From Thermoflexia bacterium (GTDB lineage: Bacteria; Chloroflexota; Anaerolineae; B4-G1; SLSP01): a DNA stretch of 55,094 bases. Of the stretch, positions 45,028 to 53,080 are shown piece by piece (positions within the stretch are counted from its first letter, which is position 1; each line of letters begins with the position of its first letter). The stretch spans positions 1 to 55,094 of the forward strand of contig DUEJ01000012.1 of assembly GCA_011192175.1 (NCBI GenBank), in the 5' to 3' direction. Made by a program: the position numbers and the translations under genes. The notes below the pieces were generated by a model. The model did not search any database, had not been told where the DNA came from, and saw nothing but the letters and a program-made list of their open reading frames with translations.

Positions 45028-45903
45028 ATGATGCCCAATCAAATCTATCAAAAATCCTCCGAATCTATGGACGAGCTGGCAGCCGGCAGCGTCGCGCTGA
45101 CCGTCACCTCTCCTCCTTACTGGAACGCCATTGACTACGATATTCACGCCGCCGATAGTTCTCGCCGTTACCGCACCCGCGCCTACGCGGAAGGCTACGT
45201 GGAGTACGAGGAGTATCTAGCCTGGATAGAGCGCGTTTTCGCGGAAGTGCTCCGCGTCACCAAACCTGGCGGACTCTGCGCCATCGTCATCGGGACGGTG
45301 CTCTTTGAAGGCGCGCTCTATCCAGTGCCCTTCGATATCACCGCACGGCTGACGCGCAGCGGGTGGGAGTTTCACCAGGATATTATCTGGCATAAATGCA
45401 CGGCTGGAGTGAAACGCGCCGGAGTCGCTATCCAACATCCCTATCCCGGCTACTACTATCCCAATATCATGAATGAGTACATCCTCCTTTTTCACAAGCC
45501 CGGTCCCAAAATCTATAAAAAACGCACGCGGGAGGAGAAGGAACCAGCTGCTTACCCGATCAACCGGCTCTTCACCATGGATGTGGCGAACAGCATCTGG
45601 CATATCGCGCCGGTGCCCCCCGCTATTTTGAACCATCCCTGCCCTTATCCAGAAGAGATTCCGCAGCGGTTAATTAGCCTTTATTCTTATCCCGGCGAAC
45701 TGGTGCTCGATCCTTTTGTGGGATCTGGGCAGACCACCAAGGTTGCCAAAGCGTTGGGACGGCAGTTCGCGGGCTACGATATCATCGCGGAATATGTGAC
45801 CTTGGCCCGCGAGCGCTTAGAGGAACCGCTCAATATTCGTCCCCAGCAACTGATCGTCACCTTTGAGAAGATCGCCGTGGACGCGCCGCTCAAAAATAAG
45901 TAA
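45028..45903 (+). CDS. DNA methyltransferase, beta-class (N4-cytosine or N6-adenine)
   Basis: Catalytic motif IV TSPPYWNAIDY lies near the N-terminus. The AdoMet motif I LDPFVGSGQTTKVA lies near the C-terminus, giving the beta-class order. The 44590 ORF start is rejected because it reads through the tRNA and terminator. Confidence 0.85.
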   Translation: MMPNQIYQKSSESMDELAAGSVALTVTSPPYWNAIDYDIHAADSSRRYRTRAYAEGYVEYEEYLAWIERVFAEVLRVTKPGGLCAIVIGTVLFEGALYPVPFDITARLTRSGWEFHQDIIWHKCTAGVKRAGVAIQHPYPGYYYPNIMNEYILLFHKPGPKIYKKRTREEKEPAAYPINRLFTMDVANSIWHIAPVPPAILNHPCPYPEEIPQRLISLYSYPGELVLDPFVGSGQTTKVAKALGRQFAGYDIIAEYVTLARERLEEPLNIRPQQLIVTFEKIAVDAPLKNK

Positions 45904-45926
45904 TTCCTGGGGCCAGTTATTGATTT

Positions 45927-46071
45927 TACTGAAAAAAGATTGTTCGCCGCTAAGGCACCAAGACGCTAAGCAGAAAATTTAGTATTAGGTTAAAAATATT
46001 TATTCATGCTGGTCAAAAGATTAATTTTCAAATCCTTGCGCCTTCGCGGTGAAATTCTTGGTTTTTCAGTA
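45927..46071. repeat. Family A element, full-length copy A2 (145 bp)
   Basis: TACTGAAAAAAGATTGTTCGCCGCTAAGGCACCAAGACGCTAAG...AATCCTTGCGCCTTCGCGGTGAAATTCTTGGTTTTTCAGTA, with inverted termini. Confidence 0.8.
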
Positions 46072-46160
46072 AAGCCGGTTGTTGTCAACATAGCCCGCAT
46101 AAATTTTTTCTCCGTGCCCTCTGTGTCCCTGCGGTGAACCATCTTTTTTCAGGAGAGCCG

Positions 46161-47177
46161 ATGTTAAATCGCCAACGGATTCTGACGCAATATCCCTGGT
46201 TACGTCCCAGCGCTGACGCGGTGGGCGTGGTGATGGGGGACGATTTGGATGCCGCGCTGACCACCGCGCTCTACCTGCACACGCATCCTAACGCGCGCTT
46301 GATTGGCATCTACCGGGGCTACGAGACGGTGCTCTACAGCGCCGCGAGCTGGGAGGAGGTGCTCCACGCCGTTTGGCTCGACCTGGACATCTACCATCCC
46401 GCCTGCCGCTCGCTGGGTCATCATATCCTGCGCCTCTCTCCGCAGGATCAGTTGCCCGGTCTGGCCCATAGCTGCAACCTCAACGAGCTGGCCGGTCGAT
46501 CAGTGCAGCAAAATTTCACCCAGAAGTATCCGCTAGGGACGATACATTTTCTGCTCTGGCTCTACCGGCTGGAGATACCGGAACTCCCCCACGCCGAACT
46601 GCTCATCTGGCTGGCGGATTCTTCCTACATCAACGGGCAAGCGGAGAGCTGGCACAAAAAACGGCCACGCGGTCAGAACCCACCACGGTGGGTTAAAGGC
46701 CCCGGTTTCCGGTGGAACGTGAAACGCTGGCTCTACACTCAAATCCCGCTCCAATCATTGCAAGCGAGCTTCCAGCGCATCGATACCCCGGATTTTGAGG
46801 AACAGATGGAGCGGTTCCAACAAAAAGTCATGGCCCCCGCCGGCTTTCAGCAAGGGAATGGACAGGTCGCTTCTCGGCGGCGCAAACTCTCTGGCTACCA
46901 GTGCCAACCTGCCAAAGACGCAGATATCCGAGCATACATTTACCGGCTCCTGCGCTTTAGCTGCACCCAGACGGGTTGGCAAGTACGTCTCTCGCAACTC
47001 GCCCCGTTTGAAACGCCGCGGCAACTCTCCGGAGAGAGAAAGATCATGCATGTCACAGCCATCCCAGAGCAAGACCTGGCCCGCCTCTTGCGGCAGCGCC
47101 AGGCCTTCTCCTACGTTTTTCAGAGCCGGCGGTATTTGAACTACACTACCGAGATCGCCCCAGCGCCGCCGCGCTAG
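46161..47177 (+). CDS. Hypothetical 338-aa protein next to the methyltransferase
   Basis: ATG 46161 is preceded by AGGAGAG. No family was recognised. Clustered acidic/His residues (GDDLDAAL, WLDLDIYH, LGHHIL) are the only notable motifs. Confidence 0.55.
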   Translation: MLNRQRILTQYPWLRPSADAVGVVMGDDLDAALTTALYLHTHPNARLIGIYRGYETVLYSAASWEEVLHAVWLDLDIYHPACRSLGHHILRLSPQDQLPGLAHSCNLNELAGRSVQQNFTQKYPLGTIHFLLWLYRLEIPELPHAELLIWLADSSYINGQAESWHKKRPRGQNPPRWVKGPGFRWNVKRWLYTQIPLQSLQASFQRIDTPDFEEQMERFQQKVMAPAGFQQGNGQVASRRRKLSGYQCQPAKDADIRAYIYRLLRFSCTQTGWQVRLSQLAPFETPRQLSGERKIMHVTAIPEQDLARLLRQRQAFSYVFQSRRYLNYTTEIAPAPPR

Positions 47178-47246
47178 CCCAGCTCTCTGTTTGCGTAAAC
47201 ATGATGTAAGTCATGGGATATCGTGGGTTCAGTTGCCATAGCTGTT

Positions 47247-47375
47247 TCTCCTCTGAAAATAAGTCTAAAGTCACAAGTCTAAAGTCGCAAGTCTAAAGTC
47301 CGCTTCAAAACCAAGGCGTTAGTGCAGCACTTTCGTGGTTGTGGGGGGGCTAAAGGCAGATGGGGACTCCTGCCC
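47247..47375. repeat. Interspersed element family E, copy 2 (6 NNAAGTC heptads)
   Basis: It aligns with 18779-18900. The heptad block 47259-47300 has 6 units versus 4 in copy 1. Confidence 0.8.
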
Positions 47376-47714
47376 TCACCGCCGAGGCAGGAAGGTATCC
47401 GCCAGCAGCGAGAAGGGCACCGGCATCAGACAACCCCGCCTCAAGCCAGAGATAGCTCGCACGACCAAGAGCTGCCCGAAGTTCCAGGTCAAACCGTAGC
47501 TGGCCGCCCAAAGTCCCCAAAGCCCCGTGCCAGAGATGATAACCTGTTTGCGGGAGAATTTATCGGCCGCATATCTCCAGAAGGGGGAACTCGGTGCTTG
47601 TAACACGTTACGAATCGTGCCGCTCATGCCTAAATCAATCGCGAATTGCAATACGGTAGCCGTAGCTTCAGTCGCCAGGCGCGCCCATAACGCGGAATGA
47701 CCAGCGGTCGCGAC
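47376..47714 (-). pseudogene. Truncated MFS transporter gene fragment (N-terminal ~110 codons only)
   Basis: The open frame has no ATG. It contains the MFS loop 2-3 motif YAADKFSRKQVIISG and the TM4-type motif VVRAISGL...FSLLADTFLPRR. The frame stops exactly at the border of repeat E2. Confidence 0.5.
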
Positions 47715-47756
47715 TTACGCCTTGCAAATTGCCGTTACTTGGAGGAGAATAGAAAG

Positions 47757-48392
47757 ATGAATGCACAACCAAGACCTTCTCTGCAAACTGAACGCGCGCT
47801 CTGGCAGGCGGGGTATCGCCACGTGGCGGGGCTGGACGAGGCGGGACGCGGGGCGTGGGCTGGCCCGGTCTACGCGGCGGCCGTGATCTTTCCGCAATTT
47901 AAGGCGGTGCCGGAGCTGCTGGCGGGAGTACGGGATTCTAAACTACTCTCCGCCCGGCAGCGGGAAGCGCAATTTGAGCGCATCGTAGCTACGGCGTGGG
48001 CCTATGGTGTAGGGTGTGCGACCGCCGAGGAGATAGATCAGCGGGGTATCGTCCCTAGCACCAAACTGGCGATGCGCCGCGCGCTGGCCCACTTGGAGCC
48101 GGCGGCGCAAGCCTTGATTATTGATGTGTTGCAGCTGCCAGCGGTGTTGCTCCCCCAGCGGAGCTTTCCCCGCGCCGACGCGTTGAGTCTGACGGTGGCG
48201 GCAGCCAGCATCTTAGCCAAAGTGAGCCGTGACCGCTGGATGGCGACCGAGGCCGCGACGCGGTTTCCTGGCTATGGGTTCGCCCAACACAAGGGCTATG
48301 GAACCGCGCAGCATCGCACTGCCCTGGATAAACTGGGAGTGACGACGATACATCGGCGCACCTTTCGCCCCATCGCGGCGCGGCTGCTTTAG
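47757..48392 (+). CDS. rnhB: Ribonuclease HII
   Basis: VAGLDEAGRGAWAGPVYAAAV (the DEAGRG catalytic motif), DSKLLS and GYGFAQHKGYGT are present. The start is set at ATG 47757, after GGAGGAG. Confidence 0.9.
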   Translation: MNAQPRPSLQTERALWQAGYRHVAGLDEAGRGAWAGPVYAAAVIFPQFKAVPELLAGVRDSKLLSARQREAQFERIVATAWAYGVGCATAEEIDQRGIVPSTKLAMRRALAHLEPAAQALIIDVLQLPAVLLPQRSFPRADALSLTVAAASILAKVSRDRWMATEAATRFPGYGFAQHKGYGTAQHRTALDKLGVTTIHRRTFRPIAARLL

Positions 48393-48431
48393 CCGCAAGA
48401 TAACTATTACCCAGCCTCTAGTTACACATTC

Positions 48432-48549
48432 ATGGGGGTGCGTTTCAAATGAGTTGCGAGTTGCGAACTGTGTCCGTGTTGCGTAAAGCTTCTCCAAACG
48501 GAACACGCAATCCGCAACGAGAAATTCAACCAAAATGAAACGCACCCAT
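48432..48549. repeat. Long imperfect hairpin / palindromic element
   Basis: The outer arms are ATGGGGGTGCGTTTCA (48432-48447) and TGAAACGCACCCAT (48536-48549). The inner arms are AGTTGCGAGTTGCG and CGCAATCCGCAACG. Confidence 0.6.
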
Positions 48550-48613
48550 TTCATTTTGTCTTAGCAACCATTGAGGAGAAGATATGGAATTCCACCAGGC
48601 GGAGGAGGAGTAG

Positions 48614-50332
48614 ATGAGTCAACTATTTTGGCAAGCAGCGCAAGATTTCCGGGCTGCTCGCCGGGCGGCGGACGTGGAACACGTCCTGGCCCGCCTCTCC
48701 GGCAGATCCAACGAATTACTCTCTTATGAGGAGGTCCGGAAAAAACTACACGCTACAGCTATCCATCCCCAGGGGGTACGTGATATTCCGCTGGATGCGA
48801 TTATTGGCAGCGAGGGACGCTACACTGATTTCACCCGCACCTTTTTGCCGAAGCAGGAGAGTGATATGGAACGCTGGACTAGAGTTAATCTGGCCGTCCA
48901 GCGACCTGCCGGGTTAGGGCCCATTGAGGTCTACCAGATCGGCGAAGCCTATTTTGTGCGTGATGGTAATCACCGCGTCTCTGTGGCGCGGCAGCTGGGC
49001 GCGACGTACATCCAAGCCTATGTGAATGCAGTGGAGACGTCAGTTTCGCTGACTCCCGATACCGGTATGGCCGAGTTGATCCTCAAAGCGGAGTATGCGG
49101 ATTTTCTGAAAAGTACCGGGGTCGCAGAGTGGTTACCTGACGTTAATTTTGAATTGACGATACCGGGTCACTACTGGAAATTAGAAGAGCACATTGACGT
49201 ACATCGTTACTTCATGGGAATGAACGCAGAGCGCGAGATATCGCCGGCAGAGGCCATCAGTCACTGGTATGAGACGGTTTATCTGCCGGTGGTGCGGGTC
49301 ATCCGCGAGCGTGGTTTATTGCGGGATTTCCCGACCCGTACTGAAACCGACCTCTATCTCTGGTTGCTGGAACACCGCGCTGAGTTAACTCAAACGTTAG
49401 GTTGGGAAGTGGCAACGGAGGAAGCGGCCTCGCACCTGACCGCCGAATATAGCCCCCATTCCCGGCGCTTAGCCGCCCGGATAGGCGAGCATATCCGGGC
49501 GGTGTTGACTCCAGATACTTTGTCTGCCGGCCCGCCCGTCGGCAGTTGGCGCGCAGAGCAGGGGCAAGTGGGAAGCGAGCTGGCTCTCTTCCCACGGATA
49601 TTGGTGCCCTTCCAGGACAATCAAGCCGGTTGGCAGGCGGTGGAACAGGCGTTGAGCTGGGCCGCCCGCGAAGCTGGTCAAATTAGGGGGTTGCACATCA
49701 CCGCAGCAGGAGAGCCGGCAGCAGCAGGGCTTAAAGAACAATTTGCGCGTCGCTGTCAGGAAGCCGAGGTATTGGGTCAATTGAGCATCACGTCGGGCGA
49801 CGTGACCCAGCTAATCTATGACCGTTCCCGGTGGGTAGACCTGGTGGTAATTAGTCTCACTCATCCGCCGGAACCGCAACCCCTCGCGCGATGGAACTCG
49901 GGCTTCCGCTCTCTGATTTCCCGCTGTCCACGCCCGGTGCTGGCCGTGCCCGGTCCAGCGCGCCCCCTCCGGAGAGCGCTCTTGGCCTACGACGGCAGTC
50001 CCAAAGCGCGGGAAGCCCTCTTTGTGGCGGCGTATCTGGCCGGTCGCTGGAATATCTCGCTGGCGGTGCTGACCGTTATGGACCCGGGGCCAGAGATGGC
50101 GGAGATATTAGCCGACGCGCAACGCTACCTAGCCGCGCAGGATTGCTGCGCGGCCTATCACAATGCCAGCGGCCCGGTGGCGGAGACGATTCTCCGAACC
50201 GCAGCATCGCTGGATAGCGATCTGCTTATCATGGGAGGGTATAGTCTTACGCCCTGGCTGGAAATCGTCATGGGGAGTACGGTTGATCAAGTCTCACGGG
50301 AGAGTGACCGCCCCCTCCTGCTCTGCCGGTAA
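48614..50332 (+). CDS. Multidomain protein: ParB/Srx-like N-terminal domain, central conserved domain, two universal stress protein (USP) domains
   Basis: The ParB-like nuclease-fold motif is VRDGNHRVSVARQLG. The C-terminus has two USP-like halves (ILVPFQDNQAG... and ALLAYDGSPKAREAL...DLLIMGGY...GSTVDQVSRESDRPLLLC). Confidence 0.65.
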   Translation: MSQLFWQAAQDFRAARRAADVEHVLARLSGRSNELLSYEEVRKKLHATAIHPQGVRDIPLDAIIGSEGRYTDFTRTFLPKQESDMERWTRVNLAVQRPAGLGPIEVYQIGEAYFVRDGNHRVSVARQLGATYIQAYVNAVETSVSLTPDTGMAELILKAEYADFLKSTGVAEWLPDVNFELTIPGHYWKLEEHIDVHRYFMGMNAEREISPAEAISHWYETVYLPVVRVIRERGLLRDFPTRTETDLYLWLLEHRAELTQTLGWEVATEEAASHLTAEYSPHSRRLAARIGEHIRAVLTPDTLSAGPPVGSWRAEQGQVGSELALFPRILVPFQDNQAGWQAVEQALSWAAREAGQIRGLHITAAGEPAAAGLKEQFARRCQEAEVLGQLSITSGDVTQLIYDRSRWVDLVVISLTHPPEPQPLARWNSGFRSLISRCPRPVLAVPGPARPLRRALLAYDGSPKAREALFVAAYLAGRWNISLAVLTVMDPGPEMAEILADAQRYLAAQDCCAAYHNASGPVAETILRTAASLDSDLLIMGGYSLTPWLEIVMGSTVDQVSRESDRPLLLCR

Positions 50333-50439
50333 GAGTAAGGAATTAAACCTTGGTTAGGGTCATCAAGTTTTCGCAAAATTGCAGCAGTTATGTTTAGCGT
50401 GTTCACGTACCCTCACAAAATGAAAAATGGTTAAACCAC

Positions 50440-50580
50440 TAACCGCATTGACTACCGCGTTCATAACGCGCAAAGCCCCAGTGCGTGGTCAATTCTGCGT
50501 TCAATGCTTGCTCCAACGCCACTTTTACGCCTGGCAAGGCCCCGGCTCGCAACTACGCCGCCAGCGACTCATCCAATTCC
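50440..50580 (-). pseudogene. Remnant of an IS256/Mutator-family transposase N-terminal region
   Basis: The minus-strand translation is ELDESLAA*LRAGALPGVKVALEQALNAELTTHWGFARYERGSQ. The ...EAELTxHLGxxxYER pattern is characteristic of Transposase_mut. It is interrupted by an in-frame stop and has no continuation. Confidence 0.45.
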
Positions 50581-50591
50581 GTCTGAAAACT

Positions 50592-50741
50592 GCTAGTGTT
50601 CTGTCAGCCCTGATTTGAGTGGTTGCCAATTAGCCTGGCGACTAAAGTCGCGGCTACGGTGGCGCAGTCCACCTACGGGGACTAGTGAGCAGTCGGCGTA
50701 TGGTAATCAACTGATCATTTTACACTTGACAGAACACTAGC
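50592..50741. mobile_element. 150-bp MITE-like element with perfect 15-bp terminal inverted repeats
   Basis: The termini are GCTAGTGTTCTGTCA (50592-50606) and TGACAGAACACTAGC (50727-50741). The interior carries the family C core (50636-50698). Confidence 0.6.
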
Positions 50742-50808
50742 TCATTTTAGGGTTGGTCTTAACTATGCCCCTTTTTGCGAAATTTGAAAAACACTAACTA
50801 ACTTGTAA

Positions 50809-52569
50809 CTACTCTATTGCCCGCTCTTGGATGGCTTGCTGGGCGTGGGCGATGAACTCCTCCACCGTGATAGCGCCCAGCTGCTTACCGCTGCGCAGCC
50901 GGACGGCGACGGTGCCTTCCTCAGCCTCGCGGTCGCCGACTACCAACATGTAAGGAATTTTATCATTAACTTTGGCCTGGCGGATTTTGGCGCCCATGCG
51001 AGAAGAAGAAGCGTCCGTTTTGGCGCGGACGTGGGCTTGGCGCAGTTGCTCCTCCACCTGGCGCGCATACTCGATATGCCGGTCGGCGATGGGAATGAGG
51101 CGGGCCTGCTCCGGCGCGAGCCAGACGGGGAATGCGCCGCCGTAATGTTCCACCAGAATACCGAAGAACCGCTCCAGCGATCCCAGCAGGGCGCGATGCA
51201 CCATGTAGGGCCGGTGCGCGTGTCCATCCTCGCCGGCGAAGGTCATATCGAAGCGCTCCGGCAAGTTAAAGTCAAACTGGATTGTCGTCAGCTGCCAGTA
51301 ACGGCCCAGGGCGTCCTTGACTTTCAGGTCGATCTTGGGGCCGTAGAACGCGCCGCCGCCCTCATCCAGCTCGTAGGCGATTCCTTCGGCTTGGATAGCT
51401 CGAAGCAACGAGGCCTGCGCCTGTTCCCAGCGGGCCGGCTCGCCGACCGCTTTCTCCGGGCGCGTGGCTAAGTAGGCTTGGATATCTTCAAAGCCGAAGG
51501 CGCGCAACAAGGATAGAGAGAACTTCAGGACGCGCAATATCTCGTCTTCAATTTGATCGGGTGTGCAGAAGATGTGGGCATCATCTTGCGTGAAGCCGCG
51601 CACACGCAGCAGCCCGTGGAGCACGCCGCTTTTTTCGTAGCGGTAGACCGTGCCGAGTTCGGCCCACCGGAGCGGTAGATCGCGGTAGGAGCGCAAACTG
51701 GATTTGTAGATCAGGATATGGAAGGGGCAGTTCATCGGTTTGAGGTAGTAATCCTGGCCGTCCACGTCCATCGGAGCGTACATGCCCTCGCGGTAGAAAT
51801 CCAAGTGCCCGGAGGTCTCCCAGAGCCAGGCTTTGCCGATGTGCGGCGTGTAGACGAAGTCGTAGCCGCCCTCGATGTGCCGGTCACGCCAGAAGTCCTC
51901 GACGGTTTTGCGCATCAGCGCGCCTTTGGGATGCCAGTAGGCCATTCCCGGCCCGGCCTCCTCGTGGAAGGATATCAGATCCATCTGCGTGATTATTTTG
52001 CGGTGATCGCGCTTCTTCACCTCTTTCAGCCAGTGGAGATGTTTCCGCAACTCTTTAGGCGATTCCCAGGCCGTGCCGTAGATGCGCTGGAGCATCGGGC
52101 GTTTCTCATCGCCGCGCCAGTAAGCCCCGGCCACACTCATCAGCTTGACCGCCTGGGGGCTGATCTCCCGCGAGTTTTCCACGTGCGGCCCGCGACAGAG
52201 ATCGACGAAAGCGCCGCTCCGGTAGATGGAAAACGTGGTCTCCGGGTCAGTGACTAAGAGATCGGCGATCAACTCCAATTTGTAGGGTTGAGCGGCGAAG
52301 AGCTCTTGTGCCGCCGCGGCATCGAGTTCCTCGCGGACGAAAGATTGCTTCTCCCTAATCAACTCTCGCATCCGGTCTTCAATCTCGGCCAGGTCATCCT
52401 CGGTGAGGGAACGCGGCAGCTCGAAATCGTAGTAGAAGCCGTTTTCGATGGGCGGGCCGATGGCAACCTTCCCTTCTGGGAACTTCTCCAACACGGCCTC
52501 CGCCATAATGTGGGCCGCCGAGTGACGCACTTTGTACAGGTGACTCTCGTGATACTCTGGTGAATTCAT
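50809..52569 (-). CDS. thrS: Threonine--tRNA ligase (no N-terminal TGS domain)
   Basis: The editing-domain motif RHSAAHIMAEAV appears at residue ~15. Class II core motifs and the anticodon-binding domain are present. The start is set at ATG 52569 after AGGAGGAG, giving 586 aa. Confidence 0.9.
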   Translation of the reverse strand: MNSPEYHESHLYKVRHSAAHIMAEAVLEKFPEGKVAIGPPIENGFYYDFELPRSLTEDDLAEIEDRMRELIREKQSFVREELDAAAAQELFAAQPYKLELIADLLVTDPETTFSIYRSGAFVDLCRGPHVENSREISPQAVKLMSVAGAYWRGDEKRPMLQRIYGTAWESPKELRKHLHWLKEVKKRDHRKIITQMDLISFHEEAGPGMAYWHPKGALMRKTVEDFWRDRHIEGGYDFVYTPHIGKAWLWETSGHLDFYREGMYAPMDVDGQDYYLKPMNCPFHILIYKSSLRSYRDLPLRWAELGTVYRYEKSGVLHGLLRVRGFTQDDAHIFCTPDQIEDEILRVLKFSLSLLRAFGFEDIQAYLATRPEKAVGEPARWEQAQASLLRAIQAEGIAYELDEGGGAFYGPKIDLKVKDALGRYWQLTTIQFDFNLPERFDMTFAGEDGHAHRPYMVHRALLGSLERFFGILVEHYGGAFPVWLAPEQARLIPIADRHIEYARQVEEQLRQAHVRAKTDASSSRMGAKIRQAKVNDKIPYMLVVGDREAEEGTVAVRLRSGKQLGAITVEEFIAHAQQAIQERAIE

Positions 52570-52582
52570 GATCTCCTCCTTA

Positions 52583-52633
52583 CAAATTAACAAAACAACA
52601 AATCGACAAATGGCAAATGGCAAATGGCAAAAA
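52583..52633. repeat. CAAAT-repeat block flanking the four-helix-bundle gene (thrS-proximal side)
   Basis: CAAATTAACAAAACAACAAATCGACAAATGGCAAATGGCAAATGGCAAAAA is complementary in motif to 53081-53131. Confidence 0.8.
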
Positions 52634-53056
52634 TCAGCGATGGTATTTCTTCATACGGTTGGCTTCAGTGATCAGCAAGGGGATGATCTCATTGAGCAAG
52701 CCCCAACGATGTTGTAGAATCTCTGGAGAAAGCAATGTTTTGCTGCGATAGTACCACCCTTTGCTTTCACGGGCTGAACCCAGTGCAATGCGCAGAAAGT
52801 GAGCACGAGCTTTACCAAACCCGCGTCCATAACCTTCTTCGATATTGGCAGAGATGGAACCGGCGCTGCGTATCAACTGCTGGGCAACGGTACGCCCCAA
52901 GGGATGTGGCAGTAGTTTCTCACAATCTCGCCAGCAAATATCGTAGAAGAACAGAGACTTACGATAACCGAAAAATTTCCAGAGATCCTCCGCTGCTATC
53001 TCCGGTGGCATTTCCTGCAACCAATCCTCGTAATTTTTCCAGCCTTCATCTTCCAT
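52634..53056 (-). CDS. Four-helix-bundle protein (23S rRNA intervening-sequence protein family)
   Basis: QLIRSAGSISANIEEGYGRGFGKARAHFLRIALGSARESKGWYY is the signature of the four-helix-bundle / 23S_rRNA_IVP family. The start is set at ATG 53056 after GGGAGGAAG. Confidence 0.8.
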   Translation of the reverse strand: MEDEGWKNYEDWLQEMPPEIAAEDLWKFFGYRKSLFFYDICWRDCEKLLPHPLGRTVAQQLIRSAGSISANIEEGYGRGFGKARAHFLRIALGSARESKGWYYRSKTLLSPEILQHRWGLLNEIIPLLITEANRMKKYHR

Positions 53057-53080
53057 AAATTGCTTCCTCCCTCTCAGCAT

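Noticed and set aside
48213-48554. 113-aa minus-strand ORF overlapping the rnhB 3' end and the palindromic element
   Set aside because: It is antisense to rnhB for half its length. The remainder is the repeat hairpin.
52570-52623. Longer thrS start at 52623 (MPFAICRFVVLLICKEEI...)
   Set aside because: The extra 18 codons are translated from the CAAAT repeat block. ATG 52569 has an AGGAGGAG SD at ideal spacing.
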